DNA of 64,000 nt from Gemmatimonadota bacterium (GTDB taxonomy: Bacteria > Gemmatimonadota > Gemmatimonadetes > Palauibacterales > KS3-K002), in the NCBI GenBank assembly GCA_039586795.1, contig JBDHJS010000002.1:114546-178545 (forward strand). Direction: 5' to 3'. Both the position numbers and the translations under genes were made by a program. This document shows, one piece after another, positions 28,058-36,749 of this stretch (its first letter is position 1; each line of letters starts with the position of its first letter). Under the pieces are notes generated by a model. The model was given only the letters and a program-made list of their open reading frames with translations. It was not told the DNA's origin and did no database searches.

Positions 28058-28312
28058 TTAGTGGAGCGCCTGATACTTCGCCAGCAGCTGTTCCTCTGAC
28101 TCCGGGTACTCCGGGTTCGGGACGATGCAATCGACGGGGCACACCTCTATGCACTGAGGCTCCTCATGTGCGCCGACGCATTCGGTGCAGCGCTCACCGT
28201 CGATCCAATAGACCGGCACGTCGGTGGCGGCGCCCTCGTTTATCGCCTCGTTTGGGCAGACGGTTAGACAGGCTCCGCAGTCGATGCAGTCGTCGGTGAT
28301 CATCATCGCCAT
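28058..28312 (-). CDS. YfhL-family 2x[4Fe-4S] ferredoxin
   Basis: CIDCGAC..VCP and CTECVG...QC..VCPVDCI; GGAGG RBS before MAMM. Confidence 0.9.
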   Translation of the reverse strand: MAMMITDDCIDCGACLTVCPNEAINEGAATDVPVYWIDGERCTECVGAHEEPQCIEVCPVDCIVPNPEYPESEEQLLAKYQALH

Positions 28313-28430
28313 GTTCAAAGACCTCCGGTCCTATGATCCAAGGCTTATCCTCGCTGTGTATAGTGCGAGATCGAAGCTAGGCCAAGAGTATCGGGCCGAC
28401 CCCGACCTCGCGCTGGTATACCCGACGCAC

Positions 28431-30158
28431 CTACCAGGCGGGAGCCTCGTAGCGAATCGGGCGATATTCCGGGAACCACATCGCTCTCTCGACAGCCGCT
28501 TCCAGGTCCTCAAGGGCCTCGGGTTTGGCGTGGCCCTCTTCGACAGCTCGCCGGATTACCGCGCATGCGACGGAGTGAGAGCACTCACGAATGCGCGTGA
28601 GCTGCGGATAGACCGCCACCTCTGCGAGATCCGTCTCGGTCACTTCGTTCGCAAGCGCCTTCGCCGCGGCGAGGAACATCCCGTCCGTTACCCTTTGTGC
28701 CTTGGCAACCCAGACGCCGAGGCCGACACCGGGGAAGATGAAGGCGTTGTTGCCCTGGCCGATCCGAAACCGCTTGCCGTTGTGCTCGACGGGGTTGAAC
28801 GGACTGCCCGTGGCAACAATTGCTCTTCCGTCGGACCACTGGATGGCCTGTTCGGCGGTGCACTCGCTCTTGCTGGTCGGATTGGAGAGCGGGAATACGA
28901 TGGGCCGCTCGTTGAATTGCGCCATAGCCTTGACCACGGGCTCGGTGAACATGCCGGGGGTGCCGGAAGTGCCGATCAGGATCGTCGGTTTCGCGTTGAC
29001 GACCGTCTCCTCGAGGGTGATCTGGGAGCGGTCCGCGCACGCGTACGTCTCGACTTCAGAGATGTCGCGCGCATACGTCGCCTTGAAGTCTTCCAGTCCC
29101 TGGCGCGCCTTGGTGACGAGCCCGCGGCTGTCCACGGTCCAGATGCGGCTCCGAGCTTCCTCGAGACTCAGCCCTTCCTCCAGCATGGATGAGACCAGCA
29201 GGTCGGAGATTCCCTGCGCTGACGCGCCGGCGCCGGCGAACAGAATCCGCTGGTCGCGCATCGCCTGGCCAGTGATGCGTAGGCCGCTGTAGACGCCAGC
29301 CACGACGACGCCGGCCGTGCCCTGTATGTCGTCGTTGAACGTGCAGAGCTGGTCGCGGAAGCGATTCAGCTGTAAGATCGCGTTTCCTTTCAGGAAGTCC
29401 TCCCACTGCAGCAAGGCGTCCGGATAGACCGTCTGGACCGCCGCCACGAATCTGTCGATGAAGCTCTGATACTCTTCGCCTCGAATCCGCTCATGTCGGA
29501 GGCCTACGTACAGGGGGTCGTTCAGGCGATCCTCGTTGTCCGTGCCGACGTCCAGCATGATCGGCAGGGTGAGATGCGGCGGTATACCTGCGCATAGCGT
29601 GTAGAGGCAGAGCTTTCCGATCGGAATCCCCATTCCGCCAGCGCCCTGGTCGCCGAGCCCGAGGATCCGCTCGCCGTCGGTCACAACGATGACGGCAGGC
29701 GGTCGCGGGTGGTTCGCCAGCGCCGACTCGATGTCGTCACGCTGGTCGTAGTTGATGTAGAGCCCGCGGCCGCGTCGCCAGATCTGCGAGAAATTCTGGC
29801 AAGCTTCACCGACGACGGGAGTGTACACGATGGGCATCATCTCATCGATGTACTCGTGAAGCAGACGGAAGAAGAGCGTCTCGTTGCGATCCTGGAGGCT
29901 GGCCAGGTGGATGAACCGCTCAAGGTCGGTCGACTTCGCTTTGAAGTTCCCGTAGACGCGCGTGAGCTGCTCTTGAATCGTGAAGACTGCGGGCGGCACG
30001 AGCCCGTGGAGCCGTAACGATTCTCGCTCTTCGGGTGTGAACCCCGTACCCTTGTTTGTGAACGGGTTAAGCAGGACGGGTCGGCCCTGATGGTGGACCG
30101 CGATGTATTCCTCGCCCGTTCGCGGATCCGTACTCACAGACCACATCATTGCCTCCAT
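28431..30158 (-). CDS. maeA: NAD-dependent malic enzyme
   Basis: [50 protein letters not shown]. True start probably 30146 or 30149 (GGAGG). Confidence 0.95.
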   Translation of the reverse strand: MEAMMWSVSTDPRTGEEYIAVHHQGRPVLLNPFTNKGTGFTPEERESLRLHGLVPPAVFTIQEQLTRVYGNFKAKSTDLERFIHLASLQDRNETLFFRLLHEYIDEMMPIVYTPVVGEACQNFSQIWRRGRGLYINYDQRDDIESALANHPRPPAVIVVTDGERILGLGDQGAGGMGIPIGKLCLYTLCAGIPPHLTLPIMLDVGTDNEDRLNDPLYVGLRHERIRGEEYQSFIDRFVAAVQTVYPDALLQWEDFLKGNAILQLNRFRDQLCTFNDDIQGTAGVVVAGVYSGLRITGQAMRDQRILFAGAGASAQGISDLLVSSMLEEGLSLEEARSRIWTVDSRGLVTKARQGLEDFKATYARDISEVETYACADRSQITLEETVVNAKPTILIGTSGTPGMFTEPVVKAMAQFNERPIVFPLSNPTSKSECTAEQAIQWSDGRAIVATGSPFNPVEHNGKRFRIGQGNNAFIFPGVGLGVWVAKAQRVTDGMFLAAAKALANEVTETDLAEVAVYPQLTRIRECSHSVACAVIRRAVEEGHAKPEALEDLEAAVERAMWFPEYRPIRYEAPAW

Positions 30159-30323
30159 GTAAACCTGCCGTAGCGCGTCAGCCGCGGCAGAGTGGAGCTA
30201 TAAGTCAATTTCCGATACTCCAGGAGGGCAACGGCCCAGCCTGTCCCACTGTGTCCCAATAAGGAGTGTACAGAACTCTCAGGGCATAGTGGTAGGGTCT
30301 AAGGCGCAAAAAGTGTTCCCTGG

Positions 30324-30428
30324 GGGATTCTGGGATTCAGGGCTTACGAGAGTCGGGGCTTCGGGGTTAGCGGCTTGTGCCGAAGCCCCGAAGCCCCGAA
30401 CCACCGAATCTCGTAATCCCCTAACCGA
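30324..30428. repeat. Inverted pair of degenerate octamer arrays (GGGMTTCG-like x6 / CGAAKCCC-like x6)
   Basis: gggattct gggattca gggcttac gagagtcg gggcttcg gggttagc ... cgaagccc cgaagccc cgaaccac cgaatctc gtaatccc ctaaccga; abuts the oadB stop. Confidence 0.88.
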
Positions 30429-31542
30429 ACAAGGTTAGGAAAACTCCAGCTGCGACGGCGGAACCGATTACGCCCGCCACGTTGGGGCCCATAGCGGGCA
30501 TCAACGGGTTGACCCGGCCATCGGTTTCATCTGATACGAACTGCTGAACGACCCGCGCGGACATGGGCACCGCGGACACTCCGGCGGCGCCGATGCACGG
30601 ATTGATTTTGTTGCGCAAGAACACGTTCATCAGCTTGGCGAAGACGATCCCACCCGCGGTGCTGAACGAGAAGGCCACGGCGCCGAGAACCAGAATCAGA
30701 ATCGTGCGGTAGGTCAGGAAATGCTCTGCGTCCATGGTGGCGCCGACCGCCACGGCCAGGCCGAGCGTCACGATATCGATCAGGGCGCCGCCCGCCGTCT
30801 TTCGCAGCCGGTCCGTCACGCCCGACTCTCGCAGCAGGTTGCCCAGCATCAGCATGCCGATGAGCGGCGCGCTGGAGGGGATGGCGAGGGATGCGATGAG
30901 GCCGGTGACGATGGGGAACAGAATGACCGCCGTCTTTGAGACCGGTATGGCTTGCGGCATGTCAATCGCCCGCTCCTTCTTCGTCGTGAGCAGGCGCATG
31001 ATCGGCGGTTGGATGATCGGTACTAGCGACATGTAGCTGTAGGCCGCCACCGCGATGGGGCCAAGCAAGTGAGGCGCCAACTGACTGGCGAGGAAGATGG
31101 AAGTGGGGCCATCGGCGCCGCCGATGATGCCGATCGAAGCGGCTTCCTCGACGGTGAAGTTCATCAGGTAGCCGGCTGTTAGAGCGGCGACGAAGATCCC
31201 GACTTGTGCGGCTGCCCCGAGCAGGAAGGTGAGCGGCCGACCGAGCAGGGGCCGGAAATCCGTCAAAGCGCCGACACCGAGGAAGATCAGCGGTGGCAGC
31301 AACTCCGTTCGTATCCCTGCGTTGTAGATGAGAGCGATGATCCCGTCTCCGTAGGAGCCGAGATTAGCCATCGGCAAGTTGGCGAGTATTGCACCGAATC
31401 CGATGGGGATGAGGAGCAATGGCTCGTAGTTCTTGGTGATGGCGAGGTAGATGAGTGTTCCGGCGATGGCGAACATCGCAATGTTGCCTATCGTGAGATT
31501 GGCGATGCCCGACTGCCGGATCAGTTCGAGCGCTATCTCCAT
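30421..31542 (-). CDS. oadB: Na+-translocating decarboxylase beta subunit
   Basis: YEPLLLIPIGFG, IFLGVGALTDF, GIIGGADGPT, AAYSYM, GVSAVPMSAR, AMGPNVAGVIGSA. Confidence 0.95.
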   Translation of the reverse strand: MEIALELIRQSGIANLTIGNIAMFAIAGTLIYLAITKNYEPLLLIPIGFGAILANLPMANLGSYGDGIIALIYNAGIRTELLPPLIFLGVGALTDFRPLLGRPLTFLLGAAAQVGIFVAALTAGYLMNFTVEEAASIGIIGGADGPTSIFLASQLAPHLLGPIAVAAYSYMSLVPIIQPPIMRLLTTKKERAIDMPQAIPVSKTAVILFPIVTGLIASLAIPSSAPLIGMLMLGNLLRESGVTDRLRKTAGGALIDIVTLGLAVAVGATMDAEHFLTYRTILILVLGAVAFSFSTAGGIVFAKLMNVFLRNKINPCIGAAGVSAVPMSARVVQQFVSDETDGRVNPLMPAMGPNVAGVIGSAVAAGVFLTLFG

Positions 31543-31552
31543 CGGCCGCCCC

Positions 31553-33385
31553 TCAGGCGATCGTCATGATCGGCTTCGACGAGTCGATCTCATCACCGAT
31601 TCTCACATGGATCCCCGTTACCTGCCCGGCGACCGGCGATTTGATGTCGTGCTTAGCCTTCATCGCCTCCACTGCGGCGACGACCGCTCCTACTCCTACT
31701 TTCTCCCCTTCCTTGACCAGGATGTCCACCACTTCCACCGAACCGGCGAAGGTCGAGTGAACGGGCGTTCCGCCGGACGGTGCGGCGGCGGCGCCAGCTG
31801 TGCTCTCGGTTGCTGTCGCCGGTTCGAGCGTCACCACGAACGTGCGCGACGTACCGTTCTCTTCGACCGTGCAGCGCGTGGTCGTGGGGCCGGTGAACGC
31901 GGGTGCGGCGCCGGGGGCGGGTGCTGCGGCGGCCGGTGCTGCGGTCGGCTCCTCTTTCTTCTTCAGCGGTATATCGATCTTCGAGTTGCCGGTCAGAAGA
32001 CGGATTCCCTCGTTGAGCTCCATCTTCTTACCGGGGACCATGGCAGCGAGCACCAGGAAGATGTTCTCGTCGGTTGTGGGCAGGCCCCGTTCTTCGAGCG
32101 CTTCCTTCGCGGCCCCGATGTTGTTCGGAGCGGCCTCGAGCGGGTCGCCTTCGAATACGGGCATGTCTAGCTGCTCCGAGGCGACCTTCACCACGTCCGG
32201 GTCGGACGGCAACGGGGTCTTGCCAAAGTAGCCGAGCACCGACCGGCCGTAGCCGGCGTCGATCCTTTTCCAACGTCCGTACATCACGTTGTTGAACGCC
32301 TGCAGCCAGTACTGTTGGCTGCCCGGTGTGACGCTCGTCCACGCTCCGCCCGCCTCGACCACGATCGGGAATTCCGCGAGTACCTCGCTGTACTTATCGA
32401 GGATCCCGGCTTTCACCATCATGTGAACGTTGGGGCCGATGGCGCCACCAGGCATTGGGAAGCCGAGCACCCGGGCGTCCGCTGTAGTGGTCGTGGGGTT
32501 GAAGTCGTAGTCCTTGAACCCCTCGTTCATCAGGCTCTCGATCTCCGGCAGCTTGGAGACATCGATGTCCAGCGAGTAGCCGGTTCCTTTCAAGCCGTGG
32601 GCCAGCGAGCGGGCGTCGGGCTGAACGGTTCCGCTGGCCAGCGGCCGCAGTGAGAGGTCGACTCCGTCGGCGCCTCCGTCGATCGCCGCCATGTAGCAGG
32701 CGACCGCGGTGCTGGCTGTGTCGTGCGTGTGTGCCCACAGCGGCATCTCGGGCGGCATGATCTTCTTCAGACCGCGCGCCGTGTCGTATATGGTCTTGGG
32801 GTCCGTCGTGCCACTTGCGTCCTTCAAGCAAATGCTGTCGATGTGTACTCCGCTCTCCAGCAATTTCTTTCCGATATTGATGTAGAACTCGGGTGTGTGA
32901 ACCGTCTTCGACTCGAACGGCAACCCCATCAGCGCAATGCACACCTGGTGGTGCATACCGGCGTCGACGATGGGCTGTCCCGTCTTTACGAGGTTCTCGG
33001 TGTCGTTCATGAAGTCGAAGTTCCGGTCCCACGTCGTGCCAGACTCGGCCATGAGCTTGCCCTGCAATTGCAGGGCTTCGATGCTCTGGGTCGTCAGAGT
33101 CACGCCGGACACCGAACGCGTGAGGATCTGCAAGTCCGCATCGGGGCCGACGGCGGCGCGGATCTTCCGCATGTCTTCGAACGGGTTCTCTCCCAGGTAG
33201 AAATAGGGCGCCTGGTAGCGAGCGCCGCCCCCAAACTCGAAGTGTCGGAAGCCGGCTCGCGCCGAGGCTTCCATCGCCGGGAGGAAATCGTTCAGACGGA
33301 CCTTGCCGCCAAACGAGCTCTGCAGCCCGTCGCGAAACGGTGTGAACATGACCCTGATCTTCTTGGGGTCTTTTGCGAAGATCAT
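31553..33385 (-). CDS. oadA: Oxaloacetate decarboxylase alpha / PycB-like carboxyltransferase with C-terminal biotin carrier
   Basis: FRDGLQS, EFGGGA, KDASG, HTHDT, MPGG, VTPGSQ, Ala/Pro linker, EAMK biotinylation motif. Confidence 0.88.
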   Translation of the reverse strand: MIFAKDPKKIRVMFTPFRDGLQSSFGGKVRLNDFLPAMEASARAGFRHFEFGGGARYQAPYFYLGENPFEDMRKIRAAVGPDADLQILTRSVSGVTLTTQSIEALQLQGKLMAESGTTWDRNFDFMNDTENLVKTGQPIVDAGMHHQVCIALMGLPFESKTVHTPEFYINIGKKLLESGVHIDSICLKDASGTTDPKTIYDTARGLKKIMPPEMPLWAHTHDTASTAVACYMAAIDGGADGVDLSLRPLASGTVQPDARSLAHGLKGTGYSLDIDVSKLPEIESLMNEGFKDYDFNPTTTTADARVLGFPMPGGAIGPNVHMMVKAGILDKYSEVLAEFPIVVEAGGAWTSVTPGSQQYWLQAFNNVMYGRWKRIDAGYGRSVLGYFGKTPLPSDPDVVKVASEQLDMPVFEGDPLEAAPNNIGAAKEALEERGLPTTDENIFLVLAAMVPGKKMELNEGIRLLTGNSKIDIPLKKKEEPTAAPAAAAPAPGAAPAFTGPTTTRCTVEENGTSRTFVVTLEPATATESTAGAAAAPSGGTPVHSTFAGSVEVVDILVKEGEKVGVGAVVAAVEAMKAKHDIKSPVAGQVTGIHVRIGDEIDSSKPIMTIA

Positions 33386-33603
33386 TTTTCCTCCTCGACT
33401 TTAGTCACTTTCATACCCGGATACATGGTTGTCACCGCCGTTGTTACCGCTGCCAACAACGCTGAATCACTCTCCGCTAGTTTCTCGAGCGTTTCAGGGA
33501 ACACGGCGATGAGTATGCGCATGGCGATGGCCAGAATCGTGAGCAAAACGAACACCGCCAGCAACGCTGAAAGACAGGCGAATAGGAGTTGAGACGATTC
33601 CAT
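33382..33603 (-). CDS. oadG: Na+-translocating decarboxylase gamma subunit
   Basis: 73 aa, single TM (VFVLLTILA), ALLAAVTTAV motif; overlaps the oadA start. Confidence 0.8.
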   Translation of the reverse strand: MESSQLLFACLSALLAVFVLLTILAIAMRILIAVFPETLEKLAESDSALLAAVTTAVTTMYPGMKVTKVEEEK

Positions 33604-33604
33604 T

Positions 33605-34579
33605 TCAATTCTTCCTCGACGAGAGATCCTCGAGAGAACCGATGACCAGTCTGCCCTTCGTGAAGGGCTGGTCGTAGCCCTCGATCACTAGCTCCAGATC
33701 GTCTCCCAAGCTAACGACTCGGCCAGCCGCGATCGCCTCCGGTTGGTCACCAGAGTCATCGGTGCAGAGAACGACCTCACGGTCGATGATCAGCGAGCGC
33801 GAGCGATAGCGTTCCAGCAACGCATTGTAATTGCCGGCGGAGAGCTGGCGATAGTTACTGTCGAGGGCAGCGATCAGCTCCTCGAAGAATCTCTTTTGCG
33901 TGCACTCCTCGGGCTTGGTAGAGGCCAGGCGGAGCGCGGAGGCGAGCGGCACGAACGGAGTGGGCTCGATGTCGGGGTCGGTTTCTACGTTGACGCCGAA
34001 CCCCAGCACCGCTCCGCTGATTGCCTTACCTACGCTTTGTGTATATGCCAGCACGCCGCCTACTTTTGCACCTTCGATAAGAATGTCGTTGACCCACTTG
34101 ATACGGGCCGAATGCTCGAGCCCCGGCATCGCGTCGATTGCGTCCGTGACGGTAACAGCAGCGAGGACAGTGAAGCTGACCGCCGGGCACTCTATCGCGC
34201 GAGCCGGCCTGAGGTGCACCGAGAGATAGGTGTTACCTCGAGGTGCGGACCATGCGCGCCCCTTGAAACCGTGGAAGCGGGACCCCGCGCCGGCCAGGCA
34301 CAGGACGCGATCCGGCAGACTTGCCTCGTCTCTGTTAAGCTCTATCAGAAGGTCGTATTGAGAGCGTTCGGATACCTCCGCCAAGAACAAGTAGTTCCAG
34401 GGCGAATCGCGTTCGACCTCGCACGCACGGAGCTCTGCTCCGCCGTAAACACCTTCTATGAGACGCCGGACACCGTCTGAGGGCTCCGACGCCGGCGCCG
34501 ACCCGAGATCGGCGCCATGCCCGAGTATCGTCCGGGCGTAATCGACGCTATCTGTGTAGACTAACATTGCCTCTGGCAC
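33605..34579 (-). CDS. Biotin-protein ligase (no HTH), divergent
   Basis: GRAW, KWVNDI, KVGGVL, GFGVNV; first gene of the oad operon. Confidence 0.8.
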   Translation of the reverse strand: MPEAMLVYTDSVDYARTILGHGADLGSAPASEPSDGVRRLIEGVYGGAELRACEVERDSPWNYLFLAEVSERSQYDLLIELNRDEASLPDRVLCLAGAGSRFHGFKGRAWSAPRGNTYLSVHLRPARAIECPAVSFTVLAAVTVTDAIDAMPGLEHSARIKWVNDILIEGAKVGGVLAYTQSVGKAISGAVLGFGVNVETDPDIEPTPFVPLASALRLASTKPEECTQKRFFEELIAALDSNYRQLSAGNYNALLERYRSRSLIIDREVVLCTDDSGDQPEAIAAGRVVSLGDDLELVIEGYDQPFTKGRLVIGSLEDLSSRKN

Positions 34580-34709
34580 GAGCGAGGTAGCGGTGGGGCT
34601 AGGAGAGACCCTAATAGGGTGCCGATCTGGGGGGGATTTGTCAATTGCTAATTGGAATCTCTATGCGGGCCGCCGGGCCTGAGGCCTCGGCGAGAGGGTC
34701 GGTAAGACG

Positions 34710-36152
34710 GTGATCGACGCCACGATCGTCGTCGCCTATCTCGGCGTGATGCTGTTTGTCGGCTGGCGGGCGCGACGGCAGTCACCGGAGTCGTACTGGG
34801 TTGCGGATCGGCGCTACTCAGCGGGCGTTGTCGCTGTGTCGCTGGTCGCGACGATCTTCGGAGCCTCCTCGACGATGGGTATCATCGGGCTGGGCTACTC
34901 CGGCGGAATGACGGCAGCCTGGTGGTCGCTGATCGGGGCCGTCGCACTCGTGCCCTTCGGGCTGTTCCTGGCCGCTCGTGTGCGAGCGCTCCAGGTGTTC
35001 ACACTTCCCGATATACTGCGCAGGACGTACGGTAATCGCGTGGCGGTTCCTGCGGCTTTGATGATTGCCATTGCCTGGTGTGGGATCGTTGCCGCCCAGA
35101 TGACGGCGGGTGCTCTGCTGTTGAGTCGTACCCTCGAGCTGGACCACGGGTGGGCGCTCGCCGCCGTAGCGGTCGTCTTCGTGCTGTACACCTATTGGGG
35201 TGGTCAGCTTTCTGTCATCAGGACGGACTCTTGGCAGTTCGCGTTGTTTCTCGGCGGCCTGCTGGTCTGTCTCGCACTACTATTGATTGCTCTCTCCGGT
35301 CATGGTTCGACAGCCGAGATTCCGGAAGGTCATCTTCGCTTCCCGACCTCCGAGTCGTTCGGGTGGTACGACTTGTTGGTCTTCTATCCGCTGATCGTTG
35401 GACTGCCGTACCTGGCCGGCCCGGATATCTACTCTCGAGTTCTATGCGCGAGGGACGCAGGGTCCGCGAGAAAGGCGGCATTGATCAGCGCGGTCGTCGT
35501 CGTGCCGGTCTCGCTGTTGTTGGCGGGGCTGGGCGTTCTAATACGAGCGAGGTTCCCCGGGATCGCGCCGGAGTCGGCGTTGCCAACGGCTGTGGATGCT
35601 CTGGTCCCTGTTGGCTTGGCAGGCCTCATCGTCGCCGGCTTTCTCGCCGCTGTCATGTCCTCTGCGGATACGACGCTCATCTCGGCGTCGACGATCGTTT
35701 CATTGAATGTGTTCGGCGCGAAGGGGACGCTGTCGCGTGAGCGGGAACTCCAGCTAACGCGGATCGCGCTGGTGTTCGTGGGGCTCGCGGCGTGGGCCAT
35801 AGCCAGCTTCGAGCGCGGGATCATCTCGGCGTTGCTATTGGGCTATACGGTCTTCGTCGGCGGCGTCGTGTTTCCTACTCTGGCCAGCTTCCTGCCCGAG
35901 CGCTTCAGGGCAGGCCGGGACATCGTGATGGTCGCTGTGATCGTGGGCGGAGCGACGGCGCTTGTCGGGGCGATCGCGGGAGGCTCGGTGTTGAGAGAGA
36001 TCTTGGGTACGGGAGGGGATCGGCTGCTCGAGACGGTGCTGGGTTCGCGATATCCGTCCATCATACCGGTCTTACTGTGCGTTTCGATTCTCCTCGTCGG
36101 CTGGCTTCTATCACGAAAGTCCGCGGATCAGGCTCCTCAAGTGGTGGAGTAA
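34710..36152 (+). CDS. Sodium:solute symporter (SSS) family protein
   Basis: YWVADR, SLVATIFGASS, TLPD, YTYWGG..SVIRTD..Q, AAVMSSADT; about 13 TMs. Confidence 0.92.
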   Translation: MIDATIVVAYLGVMLFVGWRARRQSPESYWVADRRYSAGVVAVSLVATIFGASSTMGIIGLGYSGGMTAAWWSLIGAVALVPFGLFLAARVRALQVFTLPDILRRTYGNRVAVPAALMIAIAWCGIVAAQMTAGALLLSRTLELDHGWALAAVAVVFVLYTYWGGQLSVIRTDSWQFALFLGGLLVCLALLLIALSGHGSTAEIPEGHLRFPTSESFGWYDLLVFYPLIVGLPYLAGPDIYSRVLCARDAGSARKAALISAVVVVPVSLLLAGLGVLIRARFPGIAPESALPTAVDALVPVGLAGLIVAGFLAAVMSSADTTLISASTIVSLNVFGAKGTLSRERELQLTRIALVFVGLAAWAIASFERGIISALLLGYTVFVGGVVFPTLASFLPERFRAGRDIVMVAVIVGGATALVGAIAGGSVLREILGTGGDRLLETVLGSRYPSIIPVLLCVSILLVGWLLSRKSADQAPQVVE

Positions 36153-36207
36153 TGGAGTTGTGGAATTGGCGGTTCTACAGTGCCTCCATAGCATTCCACA
36201 ACTCCAT
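36141..36207. repeat. Octamer-period array (GTnnTGGA) with perfect 15-bp inverted repeat
   Basis: gtggtgga gtaatgga gttgtgga attggcgg; ATGGAGTTGTGGAAT (36152-36166) is the reverse complement of ATTCCACAACTCCAT (36193-36207); between convergent genes. Confidence 0.85.
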
Positions 36208-36231
36208 GGGCCCACCTGTCCGATTTGGGGT

Positions 36232-36420
36232 TCACCGATGGATCTTGGTCCAGCGAAGAATATCCTCCATCAGGCACCACTTCGTGATCGCTGACTGAAT
36301 CAGGTTCAGTCCGACGAAGGCCGTGAACAGCAGCCACCAGGGACTGACGTACCAGGCGAGGGCCAGGCTTGCCAGAACGAAAGTTCCTGCTATCAGTCGA
36401 ATCTTATGATCCATGCTCAT
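36232..36420 (-). CDS. DUF2892 (YgaP-like) small membrane protein
   Basis: IRLIAG.FVL.SL.L...WLLFTAFVGLNLIQSA.T.WC. Confidence 0.88.
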   Translation of the reverse strand: MSMDHKIRLIAGTFVLASLALAWYVSPWWLLFTAFVGLNLIQSAITKWCLMEDILRWTKIHR

Positions 36421-36422
36421 CG

Positions 36423-36749
36423 CTAATCCTCGCTTCCATTAAAGTGCTCACAACAAACAAACTGCTCCACGTCGAGGATGGCCGCGCGTATCGGGTGCTG
36501 CGGATCCTCGACCCCCGTGCAGGTGGCGACGGCGTGCGTCAGTCGCGCGGCCTGCTCTTCCGGTAACACGCTCATCAACAGCTCCGAGCGGTAAGGCGCC
36601 GTCTCGCCGTACCAGCCACCCGAGGGGCCGGGCCGGTGACCTTCGACCGGCAACCGACTGAAGGACTGTATGTCGGTCTGCTTGAGAAGACGGTCGACGC
36701 ATCCTTCGTCGCCTTTGAGGTACATCAGAATTGCTAGCTTCATACTCAT
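36423..36749 (-). CDS. PII/GlnB-like transporter-associated small protein
   Basis: About 106 aa with a PII-like pattern (FSRLPVEG), in-operon after the RND gene; four Cys. Confidence 0.65.
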   Translation of the reverse strand: MSMKLAILMYLKGDEGCVDRLLKQTDIQSFSRLPVEGHRPGPSGGWYGETAPYRSELLMSVLPEEQAARLTHAVATCTGVEDPQHPIRAAILDVEQFVCCEHFNGSED

